A DNA stretch of 64,000 nt from Acholeplasmatales bacterium (lineage in GTDB: Bacteria; Bacillota_I; Bacilli_A; ML615J-28; CAG-313), in NCBI GenBank assembly GCA_003539625.1, contig DPOU01000009.1:45143-109142 (forward strand), read 5' to 3'. This document shows, piece after piece, positions 11,149 through 22,164 of the stretch. The notes beneath the pieces are model-generated. The model saw only the letters and a program-made list of their open reading frames with translations, was not told where the DNA came from and searched no databases. Within the stretch, counting starts at the first letter, position 1; every line of letters starts with the position of its first letter. The position numbers and the translations under genes are program-made.

Positions 11149-13618
11149 TCCAAAAAATGCTTCTAAAAAAATTGACAAATTTGTTGAACATTATGTAATT
11201 GAAAATTTTGAAAACATCATGGGTGATAGATTTGGAAGATATTCTAAATATATCATTCAAGATCGTGCTCTTCCCGATGTAAGAGATGGTTTAAAACCTG
11301 TTCAACGTCGTATTCTATATTCAATGTTTAAACTTGGTCTTGCTTCTAACAAGCCTACTAAAAAATCAGCTCGTATTGTTGGTGATGTTATTGGTAAATA
11401 TCATCCCCATGGTGATACTGCTGTATATGATGCAATGGTCAGAATGAGTCAACAATTTAAAGTAATGCTACCACTTGTAGATATGCAAGGTAATAATGGT
11501 AGTATTGATGGTGACCCTGCTGCCGCAATGCGTTATACTGAAGCGCGTATGAGCAAGTATTCCGAACTAATGATTGAGGATTTAAATAAACATACAGTTG
11601 GATTTGTACCAAACTTTGATGATGAAGAGTTAGAACCAATCGTTTTACCTTCAAAATTTCCTAATATCTTAATCAATGGTGCAAGTGGTATTTCTGCTGG
11701 TTACGCAACTGAAATTCCACCTCATAATCCTGGGGAAGTAATTGACGCAACGATTTATCGTATAAATCATCCAAATTGTACAACTGAGGAATTAATGCAA
11801 TTCGTCCAAGGTCCCGATTTCCCTAGTGGTGGTATTGTCCAAGGTATTGACGGTTTACGTGATGCCTATGAAACTGGACGCGGAAAAGTAATAATTAGTT
11901 CAAAATATACTATTGATACTACTAAAGCAAATGATCCTAGAATTGTAATTACTGAAATACCATATGATGTTAATAAAGCATTACTTGTAAAGAAAATGGG
12001 TGATGCATTACAAGCCAAAAATGTTGATGGTGTTCGTGAAATTCTTGATAACACAAGTAGTGAAGGTTTACAAATCGACATTCATTTAAGAAAAGATGTA
12101 AATCCTGAAACAATATTAAACTTCTTATTAAAACAAACCGATTTACAAACAAGTTATAACTTTAACGTAGTTGCCATATCGCAAGGTCGACCAATGCAAA
12201 TGGGACTTGCGGAAATACTAGATGCTTATATTGTTCACCAAAAAGAAGTTGTTACAAACAGAAGTAATTTCGAACTTGAAAAAGACTTGAAGCGTCAAGA
12301 AGTAGTTAAAGGTTTAATATCAATGGTATCAATATTAGATGCAGTAATTACAACTATCCGTAATTCGAAAAATAAAACTGATGCCAAAGAAAACATCATT
12401 TCAAAGTATGGTTTTACTGAATTACAAGCAGAAGCCATTGTTACATTGCAATTATATAGATTAACCAATACCGATATATTTGCATTAAAAACAGAAGAAA
12501 AAGAATTAGAAAATGATATTAAGCGTTTACGTCATATCTTATCTAGCGAAACTGCTTTATTAAAAACCGTAATTGCTGAATTAAGTAGAGTAAAAGAAAT
12601 TATTGATTGCCCTCGTAAAACTTTAATTCAACATGAAATTACCGAAGTTGAAGTAAAAACAGAAGAGTTCATTGCAAAAGAAGATGTAATTTTAATGATT
12701 ACCCATGATGGATATCTAAAACGTCTCAGCAAAAAAGCTTTCTTTGGAACCAATGAACCTACTAAATTAAAAGATGGTGACGTTATTACTGATTTATATG
12801 CAGTAGCAACAACTGATACTTTGATTCAGTTTACTGACCGTGGTAATTACATTTTCTTACCAATTCACAAGATTCCTGAATCTAAACATAAAGATCAAGG
12901 TATTCACATTAGTACTTTAATTGGTATGGAACCTAATGAAAAAGTTATTTTCTCATTCCCAGTTACTGACTTTAAAGAAGAAAAATATGTACTTCTTGCC
13001 ACTAAGTCTGGTTTAATTAAACGTATTCAATTATCTAGTCTTTACGTTACAAGATATTCTAAAGCTCTAAAGGCTACTAAATTAAAAGATGATGATGCGG
13101 TTGTAAGTGCTGATGTTGTTAAAGGTAGCAATTATGAAGTTGTTATTGCAACTAAAGATGGCTTCATGAATAGATACGATGCATCAGAAGTTAGTGTTAT
13201 TGAGCCTGCTTCATTTGGTGTTAAATCAATTGAGCTTAAGAATCGTCCAAACGATTACGTTGTCGGTGCTAAATATGTTAGTGAAAAAGACATTGTCTTG
13301 ATCTTAACTAACCGTGGAAACATTAAACGTATGCGTCCTGAAGAAATCAATAAAGGTAAGAAGAATAATGTTGGTAAGATGTATTTGAAAGCAGTTCGTT
13401 CAAATATGCATGAGGCAATTGATTTAGAAGTAATTCATGCTAAGAATGCCAATTCAGATTTAGCATCTTATGTTTTCTGTGAAAAAGGCTTTGTTGAAAT
13501 TGACTACACAGTCTTACGTACAGCTATTGCCGATAATGGTAAAAAGTTTGTAACCAACGATTTAGGTAAACCTTCTGAGATTGTAATATGCCGTAATGAT
13601 GCGGATTTAGAATTGTAA
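11141..13618 (+). CDS. parC: DNA topoisomerase IV subunit A
   Basis: [27 protein letters not shown] and [10 protein letters not shown] motifs. Alternative in-frame ATGs lie at 11132 and 11135. Confidence 0.8.
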   Translation: MNNPKNASKKIDKFVEHYVIENFENIMGDRFGRYSKYIIQDRALPDVRDGLKPVQRRILYSMFKLGLASNKPTKKSARIVGDVIGKYHPHGDTAVYDAMVRMSQQFKVMLPLVDMQGNNGSIDGDPAAAMRYTEARMSKYSELMIEDLNKHTVGFVPNFDDEELEPIVLPSKFPNILINGASGISAGYATEIPPHNPGEVIDATIYRINHPNCTTEELMQFVQGPDFPSGGIVQGIDGLRDAYETGRGKVIISSKYTIDTTKANDPRIVITEIPYDVNKALLVKKMGDALQAKNVDGVREILDNTSSEGLQIDIHLRKDVNPETILNFLLKQTDLQTSYNFNVVAISQGRPMQMGLAEILDAYIVHQKEVVTNRSNFELEKDLKRQEVVKGLISMVSILDAVITTIRNSKNKTDAKENIISKYGFTELQAEAIVTLQLYRLTNTDIFALKTEEKELENDIKRLRHILSSETALLKTVIAELSRVKEIIDCPRKTLIQHEITEVEVKTEEFIAKEDVILMITHDGYLKRLSKKAFFGTNEPTKLKDGDVITDLYAVATTDTLIQFTDRGNYIFLPIHKIPESKHKDQGIHISTLIGMEPNEKVIFSFPVTDFKEEKYVLLATKSGLIKRIQLSSLYVTRYSKALKATKLKDDDAVVSADVVKGSNYEVVIATKDGFMNRYDASEVSVIEPASFGVKSIELKNRPNDYVVGAKYVSEKDIVLILTNRGNIKRMRPEEINKGKKNNVGKMYLKAVRSNMHEAIDLEVIHAKNANSDLASYVFCEKGFVEIDYTVLRTAIADNGKKFVTNDLGKPSEIVICRNDADLEL

Positions 13619-13686
13619 AAAATATTTATCATTAATACAACTTGAAAATACAATTTATGGTATAATGTGGCAAGTGAGGTGAAATT

Positions 13687-15735
13687 ATGTTCAAAATAGC
13701 CATTGATGGACCAGCCGGTTCAGGTAAATCAACAATTTCAAAAATACTTGCCCAAGAATTAGGATTTGAATACATAGATACTGGCGCAATGTATCGTGCT
13801 ATTACACTAAAAGCAATGCGTTTAGGTATTGATATGAATGATGAAAATGCCTATGGTTTTTTGAAAAATACTGAACTTGATATTTGTAATGGTCGTTTCA
13901 TAATGGATGGTGAAGATGTTAGTGAAGCTATCAGATCAGTAGACGTTACTAACCAAGTTTCAACTCCTTCCAAAATAGGTTGCGTCCGTGATTTTCTTGT
14001 CGATTATCAACGCAAAATAAGCAATTCAAAAAATTGCATTATGGATGGACGTGACATTGGAACAGTTGTGCTAAAAGATGCACCACTGAAAATCTATCTA
14101 GATGCGACAGTACTATGTCGCGCTAAACGTAGAATGCTTGAAAGAGCAGAAAAAGGAATTGTTTTACCACTTGAAGAAACAATTCAAGAAATTGAAATAC
14201 GAGATTGGAAAGATTCAACTCGTAAACACAGTCCTCTACGTTGTGCAGAGGATGCGGTAGTCATTGATAGTACCGATTTATCAATTGATGAAGTAGTTAG
14301 TCGGATTATACAATTAGTTAATGAGAGGAAAAACAAAATGAGTAAAAGCGCTTACAAAGAAGGACAAATCGTAAAGGGTTGCATTATCAATGTTACTAAA
14401 GATGCAATCTATCTAATCTTAGGCGATGAAACAAAAGCTGTAATTTATAGCAATGACTTAAAAGACTATAATGAAGGGCAAAAGCTTTATAATATCTATC
14501 ATGAAGGTGAAGAATTTGAAGCTACTGTTAAAAGTGTTACAAAAGACAAAAAGACAGGCGAACCACTTTGCATTTTGTCAACTAAATTAGAAGATGAAAA
14601 AGAGAAATTAAATCTATTTGAAGAAATTAAGGAAAAAGATGAAATTATTAAAGCGAAAGTTGTAAAAGTTACTGCAGCTGGTGCTGATTTAGATTATCAA
14701 GGATTTAAATTATTCTTACCTATCAAATTTATCGATTTAAAAGAAGAAGCATTAAAGAACTTAAGAGGTCAAATGCTTGATGTTATGGTATTATATGTAA
14801 ATAAAGATCGTCTTCAAGTTACTGTTTCAAATGTAATGGCAATGAAAAAACAATATCGTCTTGCTAAAGAAGCTGCATATGCTGCATTAGCTGTAGATAT
14901 GGTTGTAGAAGGCGAAGTTGTTAACGTTTTACCATACGGTGCCATAGTTAGTCTTGGTGAAGTAAGTGGCTTATTACATCAATCAGAAATAGATCATAAA
15001 CCTGTTCGTAATGTTAGCAACAGATTAAAAGTTGGTGACAAAGTACAAGTTAAGATTATTGGTATTGACGGAAATAAAATTTCTTTATCAATGAAAGCAC
15101 TTGTTAAACATCCTTGGGATGTATTAAAAGAACAATATCATGTTGGTGACGTATTTGAAGGTCACGTTGAAAAGATTATTCCTGCAGGTTTAATTATAAA
15201 ACTTACTGATGATTATTCAGGCTTAATGCCAAGAAGTGAATATTCATGGTTCAGCAATGTTAAAATTGAAGATGAAGTAACTGAAGGTTCTACATTAACA
15301 GTTAAAGTTTTAAATATTGATGATGCTAAAAAACGTGTAAGTTTATCACACAAAGCTACACTAGATAATACTTGGGCAGATGTCCGTTTACATCGTGGCG
15401 ACAAGATTATGGTTACAGTTGCATCTGTTAACGATCGTGGTGCATTAGTTAACTATAAAAATGTTCAAGGTTTCTTACCAGTAAATGAAGTAACTTCAAC
15501 TAAACGTATTACACGTGTTGATGAAGTTTACCCAGTTGGTACTGAAGTAGAAGTAATGGTACAAGATTGCGATCCGAGCGTAGCTAAATTACGTGTAAGT
15601 TCAAAAGCAATTGAAGTTGCTAAAGAAAGAGAAAGCTTTGATAAATATTTTGCAGAACAAGCAAAAGAAACTCCAACAAGCACAATAGGTGACCTAATCG
15701 GCAACCTTAACTTAGACGATAAGGAAGAAAAATAG
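13687..15735 (+). CDS. Cytidylate kinase fused to ribosomal protein S1 (multi-S1-domain)
   Basis: The N-terminal 217 aa carry the P-loop IAIDGPAGSGKST and MDGRDIGT of Cmk. From M218 (ATG at 14338) onward there are repeated S1 domains. No stop separates the two parts. Confidence 0.8.
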   Translation: MFKIAIDGPAGSGKSTISKILAQELGFEYIDTGAMYRAITLKAMRLGIDMNDENAYGFLKNTELDICNGRFIMDGEDVSEAIRSVDVTNQVSTPSKIGCVRDFLVDYQRKISNSKNCIMDGRDIGTVVLKDAPLKIYLDATVLCRAKRRMLERAEKGIVLPLEETIQEIEIRDWKDSTRKHSPLRCAEDAVVIDSTDLSIDEVVSRIIQLVNERKNKMSKSAYKEGQIVKGCIINVTKDAIYLILGDETKAVIYSNDLKDYNEGQKLYNIYHEGEEFEATVKSVTKDKKTGEPLCILSTKLEDEKEKLNLFEEIKEKDEIIKAKVVKVTAAGADLDYQGFKLFLPIKFIDLKEEALKNLRGQMLDVMVLYVNKDRLQVTVSNVMAMKKQYRLAKEAAYAALAVDMVVEGEVVNVLPYGAIVSLGEVSGLLHQSEIDHKPVRNVSNRLKVGDKVQVKIIGIDGNKISLSMKALVKHPWDVLKEQYHVGDVFEGHVEKIIPAGLIIKLTDDYSGLMPRSEYSWFSNVKIEDEVTEGSTLTVKVLNIDDAKKRVSLSHKATLDNTWADVRLHRGDKIMVTVASVNDRGALVNYKNVQGFLPVNEVTSTKRITRVDEVYPVGTEVEVMVQDCDPSVAKLRVSSKAIEVAKERESFDKYFAEQAKETPTSTIGDLIGNLNLDDKEEK

Positions 15736-15738
15736 TCT

Positions 15739-17049
15739 ATGAAAAGAGGTACAGTAGCGATTATTGGGCGTCCTAATGTTGGAAAATCAAGCCTATTTAA
15801 CCGACTTTCTGGCGATAAACTAGCAATCACAGATGATGCTAGTGGTATTACCCGAGATCGCTTGTACACTAAATGCGAATGGCTAAATCAAGAATTTTCA
15901 ATTATTGATACTGGTGGAATTGAACTTAAAAATGTTCCATTTATGGAAGAAATAAAAGCTCAAGCTCAACTAGCAATTGATGAGGCCGATGTAATAATCT
16001 TAGTAACTGATGGCAGAGTTGGTGTTACTAATGGAGATAAAGATGTTATTAAAATTCTTCACAAAAGTAAAAAACCTGTTATCGTTGCGGCAAACAAAAT
16101 AGACGACGTAAAATTCATGGATAATATCTATGAATTTTATAATTTAGGCGTAGATGATGTTATTGCCGTGAGTGCATTACATGGAATTGGTGTTGGTGAT
16201 TTACTCGATAAAGTAGTAGAATTATTACCAGAAAAAAAAGAAAAAAGATACGATGATGCGGTAGAATTTTGTATCATCGGCCAACCTAACGTTGGTAAAA
16301 GTTCACTTACTAATGCAATACTAGGAACTGAAAGAGTTATTGTTAGTGATATAGCAGGAACAACTAGAGACGCAATTGACTCAAAATTTACTAGAGATGG
16401 TAAAAATTACGTTGTTATTGATACCGCTGGTATTAGAAAACAAGGTAAGATATACGAAAATGCAGAAAAATATAGTGTTCTACGTGCAATTAAAGCAATT
16501 GAACGTTCGGAAGTAGTTTTATTTGTCTTAGATGGAACTAAAGAAATAGAAGAACAAGATAAACGTATAGCTGGTTATGCGGCAGAATATAATAAAGCAG
16601 TTATTATAGTTGTCAATAAATGGGATGCTGTTGATAAAGACGAGAAATCAATGAAAGAATTTACAGAAAAAATCAGAAAGAATTTCTTATTTATCAGTTA
16701 CGCACCAATTGTATTTGTTTCAGCGTTAAAGAATCAACGTATTCAAACTTTATTCGAACAAATAAAAATAGTATACGAAAACTACACTCGTCGTATTGCA
16801 ACCAATGTATTAAACGATATAATACTTGACGCTTCAATAATGAATCAAGCTCCAATATTTAACGGAGATCGTATAAGAGTATATTATGGATCACAGGTTG
16901 ATATTAAACCACCAACATTTGTTTTATTTGTTAATGATCCTAATTATATGCACTTTTCATATCAACGATATTTAGAAAACCGTTTTAGATCGGCATTTAT
17001 GCTAGAGGGAACACCAATAAAGTTAGTTTTAAGAAAGCGAGAAAATTAA
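15739..17049 (+). CDS. der: Ribosome biogenesis GTPase Der/EngA
   Basis: Two tandem G domains (GRPNVGKSSLFN and GQPNVGKSSLTN) plus a KH-like C-terminus. Confidence 0.9.
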   Translation: MKRGTVAIIGRPNVGKSSLFNRLSGDKLAITDDASGITRDRLYTKCEWLNQEFSIIDTGGIELKNVPFMEEIKAQAQLAIDEADVIILVTDGRVGVTNGDKDVIKILHKSKKPVIVAANKIDDVKFMDNIYEFYNLGVDDVIAVSALHGIGVGDLLDKVVELLPEKKEKRYDDAVEFCIIGQPNVGKSSLTNAILGTERVIVSDIAGTTRDAIDSKFTRDGKNYVVIDTAGIRKQGKIYENAEKYSVLRAIKAIERSEVVLFVLDGTKEIEEQDKRIAGYAAEYNKAVIIVVNKWDAVDKDEKSMKEFTEKIRKNFLFISYAPIVFVSALKNQRIQTLFEQIKIVYENYTRRIATNVLNDIILDASIMNQAPIFNGDRIRVYYGSQVDIKPPTFVLFVNDPNYMHFSYQRYLENRFRSAFMLEGTPIKLVLRKREN

Positions 17050-18050
17050 TGAGTAAAGTAACTGTTATAGGAGCCGGAAGTTGGGGTAGTGCTCTAACAA
17101 GAATACTAGGTGACAATAATAATGAAGTATTATTGTATGATAGAGATGAAAAGACAGTTGATGAAATTAATAATTTTCATACTAATATAAATAAATTACC
17201 TGTTGGTAAATTACCAGAGACAGTAAAAGCTACAACTGATGTTAAAAAAGCTATTGACTTTTCTGATATTATAGTTATTAGTGTACCAACTAAAGTCTTA
17301 AGAACCGTTTTAGAACAAATTGCACACGTTATTACAACCCCTAAGCTTTTTGTCAATACTTCAAAAGGCTTAGAACCAGTTACATTCTTGAGAGTCTCAG
17401 AAGTTGTAAAACAAGTAATTGATAGTAAATACATTAAAGGGTTTGTAGCGCTTACGGGGCCATCACATGCCGAAGAAGTAATACAACAACTTCCAACAAC
17501 AATTTGTTCAGTATCAGAAAAACATGATGATGCTAAACTAATTCAAAAATTATTTAATAATTCAACATACTTCAGAGTATATACTGGTCATGATCTGATT
17601 GGCTCTGAATTATGTAGTTCAATAAAAAACGTATATGCGATTGCTTCAGGAATGCTTGAAGGATTGGGATATGGAGATAATGCTAGAGCTGGCCTAATAT
17701 CTAGAGCTCTTGTTGAACTGCGTAGAATAGTTGTAGCTATGGGTGGAAAAGAAGAAACAATATATGGCTTAACTGGTGTAGGCGATTTAGTTGTAACAAC
17801 GACATCACATCACTCTAGAAACTACCAAGCAGGGGTAAAACTTGCAACTGGAAAAAATCTTGAAGAAACGATTGCTTCAATGGCTATGGTAGTTGAGGGT
17901 GCAAGAACTGCAGAAGCTATCTATAACGCTTCAAAAAAGATGAATTTAGAAACTCCGATTATTGATGCGGTATACCGCGTTATATATGAAAAAGAAGACG
18001 TAAATAAGGCTGTTTTAGAGCTTATGAGTCGTTCTTTAAAGGATGAATAG
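17049..18050 (+). CDS. gpsA: NAD(P)H-dependent glycerol-3-phosphate dehydrogenase
   Basis: VIGAGSWGSAL Rossmann motif, GLEP and GPSHAEEV. Shows der-gpsA synteny. Confidence 0.9.
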   Translation: MSKVTVIGAGSWGSALTRILGDNNNEVLLYDRDEKTVDEINNFHTNINKLPVGKLPETVKATTDVKKAIDFSDIIVISVPTKVLRTVLEQIAHVITTPKLFVNTSKGLEPVTFLRVSEVVKQVIDSKYIKGFVALTGPSHAEEVIQQLPTTICSVSEKHDDAKLIQKLFNNSTYFRVYTGHDLIGSELCSSIKNVYAIASGMLEGLGYGDNARAGLISRALVELRRIVVAMGGKEETIYGLTGVGDLVVTTTSHHSRNYQAGVKLATGKNLEETIASMAMVVEGARTAEAIYNASKKMNLETPIIDAVYRVIYEKEDVNKAVLELMSRSLKDE

Positions 18051-18056
18051 AGGAAA

Positions 18057-18083
18057 GATTGGTTAAAAAACCGGTCTTTTTTT
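18057..18083 (+). terminator. Terminator after gpsA
   Basis: Stem gattggtt/aaccggtc (two G-U pairs), loop aaaa, then T7. Confidence 0.6.
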
Positions 18084-18113
18084 AGTTAAAAATTAATTTT
18101 AATACAAAATTAA

Positions 18114-18142
18114 TTGCAAAAGCTGATAATCGGTGTTATAAT
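18114..18142 (+). promoter_or_regulatory. Sigma-A type promoter for the surface protein gene
   Basis: TTGCAA, 17 nt spacer, TATAAT. Confidence 0.5.
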
Positions 18143-18176
18143 AAACTTGTAAAAATAGGAAAGGAATTTAAAAAAA

Positions 18177-20081
18177 ATGTCAAAACTTTGTAAAAGAATA
18201 CTATTAATTCTTGCAGTGTTTAGTTCATTTTTGACTTTATTTGCTTGTTCTGCAATTCAAATTGACACATACCACGTAGAACTTCCTCAAGATAAATATC
18301 AATTGAGAGTAGGTCAAGAAATTGAAGCTTTACCAATAGTTTCAAAAAATGGTCAAGAATGTGATTTAGAAGTATCATATCATTCATACGATGCTTCAAT
18401 TGCAACTTATGTAGATGGCAAAATCGTTGCTTTAAAATCCGGAGAGGTGCGAATTAAAGTAACTTTAAAAAACAATTCAAAAGTTTATGCTACAGCTTTA
18501 GTTACTGTCGTAAACGATGATTCTTTAATTGTAGATTTCAATTATGAAAAAACAATGATTAAAGGAACTACTCAATTGTTAACTTATGAATTGTTGGTAG
18601 AAAAAAATCGAAAATTAACTTTTACATCAAGTAACGAAAATGTAGCTACTATCGATAAATTAGGAAACATCAAAGCAATCACAGTAGGTACTACAACAAT
18701 CGAAACTATTGTAAGCTCACTTTATGATGAAGGTGTTTCAAAAACTTACAAATTAGTGATTGAAGTAAAAGATTTAACATTCGCAATAAATTACGTACTA
18801 GATGGTGGTACTAATTCGGAAAATAATCCAAATGAATATGTACCTGAAAAATTACCATTGTTATTAGAAAATCCTACTAAGAGTGGATATAAATTTGTTG
18901 GCTGGTACGATAATGAAAATTTCACTGGAGAAGCTATAACTGAAATTTCAGCTGGCACAATGGGGGATGTCACTCTATATGCTAAATGGAATGCCCTTGA
19001 TTATAGAATTTCTTATGAATTAAACGGTGGAACAAATGCAGAAAACCCTGATGGATATGATGTATCAGATCTTCCAGTTAGTTTACATGCTCCTAGTAGA
19101 ACCGGTTACATTTTCAAAGGTTGGTATATGGGTGAAAACCGTGTACTTGCTATTCCAGTAGGAACTACTGGTAATGTAGTTGTTTCCGCAAAATGGGAAC
19201 CAATAACTTATACAATTGATTTTGATAATAATGGTGGTTTACCAACTTTATCTTCAATCGATTATACAATTGAATCTGATAGCTTTACTTTACAAGAAAT
19301 AACTAAAGTAGGATATACATTTGATGGTTGGTATAATGGTGAAACTAAAGTAACTGAAATAACAACTGGTACATGTGGAAACATGACACTAGTTGCAAAA
19401 TGGACTGCTGATTTATATACTATTAGTTATGACCTAGCTGATGGTGTAAATAATCCAGAAAATCCAACATCTTATACAATTGAAAGTGGTTTAATTACTC
19501 TAAAAGATCCTACAAAAGAAGGCTATACTTTTGTGGGCTGGTATAATGGAGAACAATTAGTAACAATAATTGATTCTAACACACTTGAAAACATTACGCT
19601 TACTGCTAAATGGAAAATTACTACTGATCATGAAGGTACTGAAGATGATCCATATAGTGTTGATGATGCATTAAAAGTAGCTGGTACACTTACTAAAGGT
19701 AATTCCACAACTGATAAGTATTATATAAAAGGTATAGTTTCTGAAATTACCGAACTTAGTACTTCATATGGCAATGCTACATTTAAAATTACAGTTGATG
19801 GTAAAACGATTCTTGTTTTCCGTGCAAAAAATGAAGGTAACCAAAACTTTACTAGTACCGACGATTTATACGTAGGCGATGAAGTTGTAATTTATGGAAA
19901 TATAACTAATTATAATGGTACATTAGAAATAACTAATTGTTATGTTGTTTCTAATAATAAAGTTGCTAGACCTGAGCCTATTGAAGAGCCTGAAGTAGTA
20001 GATAAGACACTTCAAGAAATTATTGATATGGATGATGCAACTAATAAAGAAGCCTCATATAAAATCACCGTAATGTATTAG
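18177..20081 (+). CDS. Surface lipoprotein with Ig-like domains and five Listeria-Bacteroides (Flg_new/InlB B-type) repeats
   Basis: Signal peptide with lipobox LFAC. Two Big_2-like segments. Five repeats of about 70 aa of the type Y.I.Y.L.GG....NP..Y......L..P.K.GY.F.GWY.........I......G...LYAKW. The C-terminal segment resembles an OB-fold. Ends at TAG. Confidence 0.7.
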   Translation: MSKLCKRILLILAVFSSFLTLFACSAIQIDTYHVELPQDKYQLRVGQEIEALPIVSKNGQECDLEVSYHSYDASIATYVDGKIVALKSGEVRIKVTLKNNSKVYATALVTVVNDDSLIVDFNYEKTMIKGTTQLLTYELLVEKNRKLTFTSSNENVATIDKLGNIKAITVGTTTIETIVSSLYDEGVSKTYKLVIEVKDLTFAINYVLDGGTNSENNPNEYVPEKLPLLLENPTKSGYKFVGWYDNENFTGEAITEISAGTMGDVTLYAKWNALDYRISYELNGGTNAENPDGYDVSDLPVSLHAPSRTGYIFKGWYMGENRVLAIPVGTTGNVVVSAKWEPITYTIDFDNNGGLPTLSSIDYTIESDSFTLQEITKVGYTFDGWYNGETKVTEITTGTCGNMTLVAKWTADLYTISYDLADGVNNPENPTSYTIESGLITLKDPTKEGYTFVGWYNGEQLVTIIDSNTLENITLTAKWKITTDHEGTEDDPYSVDDALKVAGTLTKGNSTTDKYYIKGIVSEITELSTSYGNATFKITVDGKTILVFRAKNEGNQNFTSTDDLYVGDEVVIYGNITNYNGTLEITNCYVVSNNKVARPEPIEEPEVVDKTLQEIIDMDDATNKEASYKITVMY

Positions 20082-20095
20082 GTTGGGGTAAAAGT

Positions 20096-21772
20096 TTGAC
20101 AAGTTATGATACAACTGCAAATAAATACGGAAACATGATAGTTAGTGATTTAGAAAGCCTTAATAAAATAGTTGTATTTGGTGCTACTGCAACAATTTCT
20201 GCTTTAGTTTGGGATTCAACTAATGGTAAATATACATATACTAATAAACAAGACTTCTTAACAAATGCTATCACTAAATCAATAAACATTGGTGATACAC
20301 TAGAGTTAATTGTTATTAGAGATTCATATAATGGTAATACTCAATTGAATGCAATAGTGACTAAAGTTACACCTAAACCAGCAGTTACTTCTAACCTTAT
20401 CTTTGATTTAGATGGTGGAATATGTGATAATTTACCTACTACATATGAAGAAGGTAAAGAATTAGTATTACCAACGCCAACAAAAGATGGCTATGACTTT
20501 TTAGGTTGGGAATATAACGGCACAGTAATCACAGTTATTGCACCTACTATGACTGGTGATTTAGCTTTAAAAGCAAAATGGCAAAAAGAAGATACTACGA
20601 AAGCTTATTTCAAAAAGGTAACTGATGTTTCTGAATTAACTGAAGATGCTATGTACTTAATTGTATATGAAAGTGGAGAAAAGGCATTTGCTTTTGATAG
20701 TTCACTAACTTCTAAACTTGATGTTGCTAAAAACTATAAAGAGTTTGATATTACATCATTAGGAATATTAGTAAATGAGGAATCTAAATCAGTTATATTT
20801 AAAATTGCAAAAAATACTGATGGTAGTTATGCTATTTTAGCATCAAATGGTAATTACATTTATCATACTGGTACTAAAAATACTCTTAGTGAAGAAAAAA
20901 AGGTAAATAATTCAAAACACACAATTACTTTTGATGCGAACGGAAATGTTATATTAAAAATGTCATCTGCGGATTATTCTGTAAGATTTAACTCTGCAGA
21001 CAGTGATATGAGATTCAGATATTACAAGTCAGGTCAACAATCTATCAGTTTATATAAATATTCTACATCAACATCAGAACCATCAACATCACATAAAATT
21101 AACTATGCTAACCTTCCGGAAGGAACTACTAATAGTAATCCTACATCTTATACTGAAGGTGAAACAATTACTCTAGTTGATCCAGTATTAGCTGGCTATA
21201 CTTTTGATGGATGGTTTGATAATGCTGAATGTACTGGTACTAAGATTACTGAAATTTCTGCTAGTTATACAACTGATATAACTTTATATGCAAAATTTAC
21301 AAAAGATTCTAGTGCTAAAGTAACAAAATGGAAATTAGTTACAGATGCAAGTTCACTAAAAGTTGGCGATGAAATTGTTATTGCTTCAAATAGTAAAGGC
21401 GCGATTGCAGGAAGTTTAAGTGGTAAATTTTTAACTGTAGTAGAGGCAACTTTCAATTCTGGTAAATCAGAAATCACTTCATCAATAGCATCTGAGTCAA
21501 TTTTTGTTTTAGGCGGTGAAGTGGATAAGTGGACATTAACAAATTCTAATGGCAAAATGCTTGGAGCTTCAGCAGCAAAATCACTTGCTGAAGCCAAAGG
21601 AACAACAACATGGAAAATAACTATAGCAAACAATAATGCTACTATTAGTAGTACAAATAATAGTTATGGAAGAATTTTGCATAATGTTAGCTCGACTAGA
21701 TTCTTAAATTATACATCTAATACTAGTGCTAGTATGTTGCTACCTCAAATTTATAAAAAAGTAGTGGAATAA
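20096..21772 (+). CDS. Surface protein, probable frameshifted continuation of 18177..20081
   Basis: Opens in another frame 15 nt after the upstream TAG, with a TTG start and no good SD. Contains two more Flg_new-type repeats and two copies of an unassigned domain of about 150 aa. Confidence 0.55.
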   Translation: MTSYDTTANKYGNMIVSDLESLNKIVVFGATATISALVWDSTNGKYTYTNKQDFLTNAITKSINIGDTLELIVIRDSYNGNTQLNAIVTKVTPKPAVTSNLIFDLDGGICDNLPTTYEEGKELVLPTPTKDGYDFLGWEYNGTVITVIAPTMTGDLALKAKWQKEDTTKAYFKKVTDVSELTEDAMYLIVYESGEKAFAFDSSLTSKLDVAKNYKEFDITSLGILVNEESKSVIFKIAKNTDGSYAILASNGNYIYHTGTKNTLSEEKKVNNSKHTITFDANGNVILKMSSADYSVRFNSADSDMRFRYYKSGQQSISLYKYSTSTSEPSTSHKINYANLPEGTTNSNPTSYTEGETITLVDPVLAGYTFDGWFDNAECTGTKITEISASYTTDITLYAKFTKDSSAKVTKWKLVTDASSLKVGDEIVIASNSKGAIAGSLSGKFLTVVEATFNSGKSEITSSIASESIFVLGGEVDKWTLTNSNGKMLGASAAKSLAEAKGTTTWKITIANNNATISSTNNSYGRILHNVSSTRFLNYTSNTSASMLLPQIYKKVVE

Positions 21773-21779
21773 CAAAATC

Positions 21780-21804
21780 AGGATGGGAAATTCCCATCCT
21801 TTTT
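21780..21804 (+). terminator. Terminator after the surface protein locus
   Basis: Palindrome ggatgggaaattcccatcc followed by T5. Confidence 0.65.
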
Positions 21805-21849
21805 GTAACATATTTAGGTATTTGTCATATATTATACTGAGGTGTTAAA

Positions 21850-22095
21850 GTGAATTTAAATAAAGTTATGAATTTTATTTCTGAGAATAATATTCAACCT
21901 GATGCGGTATTCGCATTAGTTGAAAAAGTAAGGTATATGGATCTAAATGATGAAGCAAGTATTAGACAAGTAATTAAAGATGTATCAGTGCTTGCTGGAA
22001 AGAATTTAGATAAAGCAGAAGAGAATAAATTAGTTCGAGACATTATGACAAATGGTGTTAATGAAAATATTTTTAATTCTTTTAATAAAAAATAA
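21850..22095 (+). CDS. SpoVIF-family small protein
   Basis: 81 aa. The MDLNDEASIRQVIKDVSVLAGKNLDKAEENKLVRDI block resembles Bacillus SpoVIF/YjcC (NANFKDE..VR.VI..VA..A...V.KE.EDKIV..I). GTG start after SD gaggtg. Confidence 0.5.
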   Translation: MNLNKVMNFISENNIQPDAVFALVEKVRYMDLNDEASIRQVIKDVSVLAGKNLDKAEENKLVRDIMTNGVNENIFNSFNKK

Positions 22096-22164
22096 AACTT
22101 GTTAATTAATTTACAATAAACACTCCTTGTGGTAAAATCTTACTGTATATAGGAGGTGTTATTA

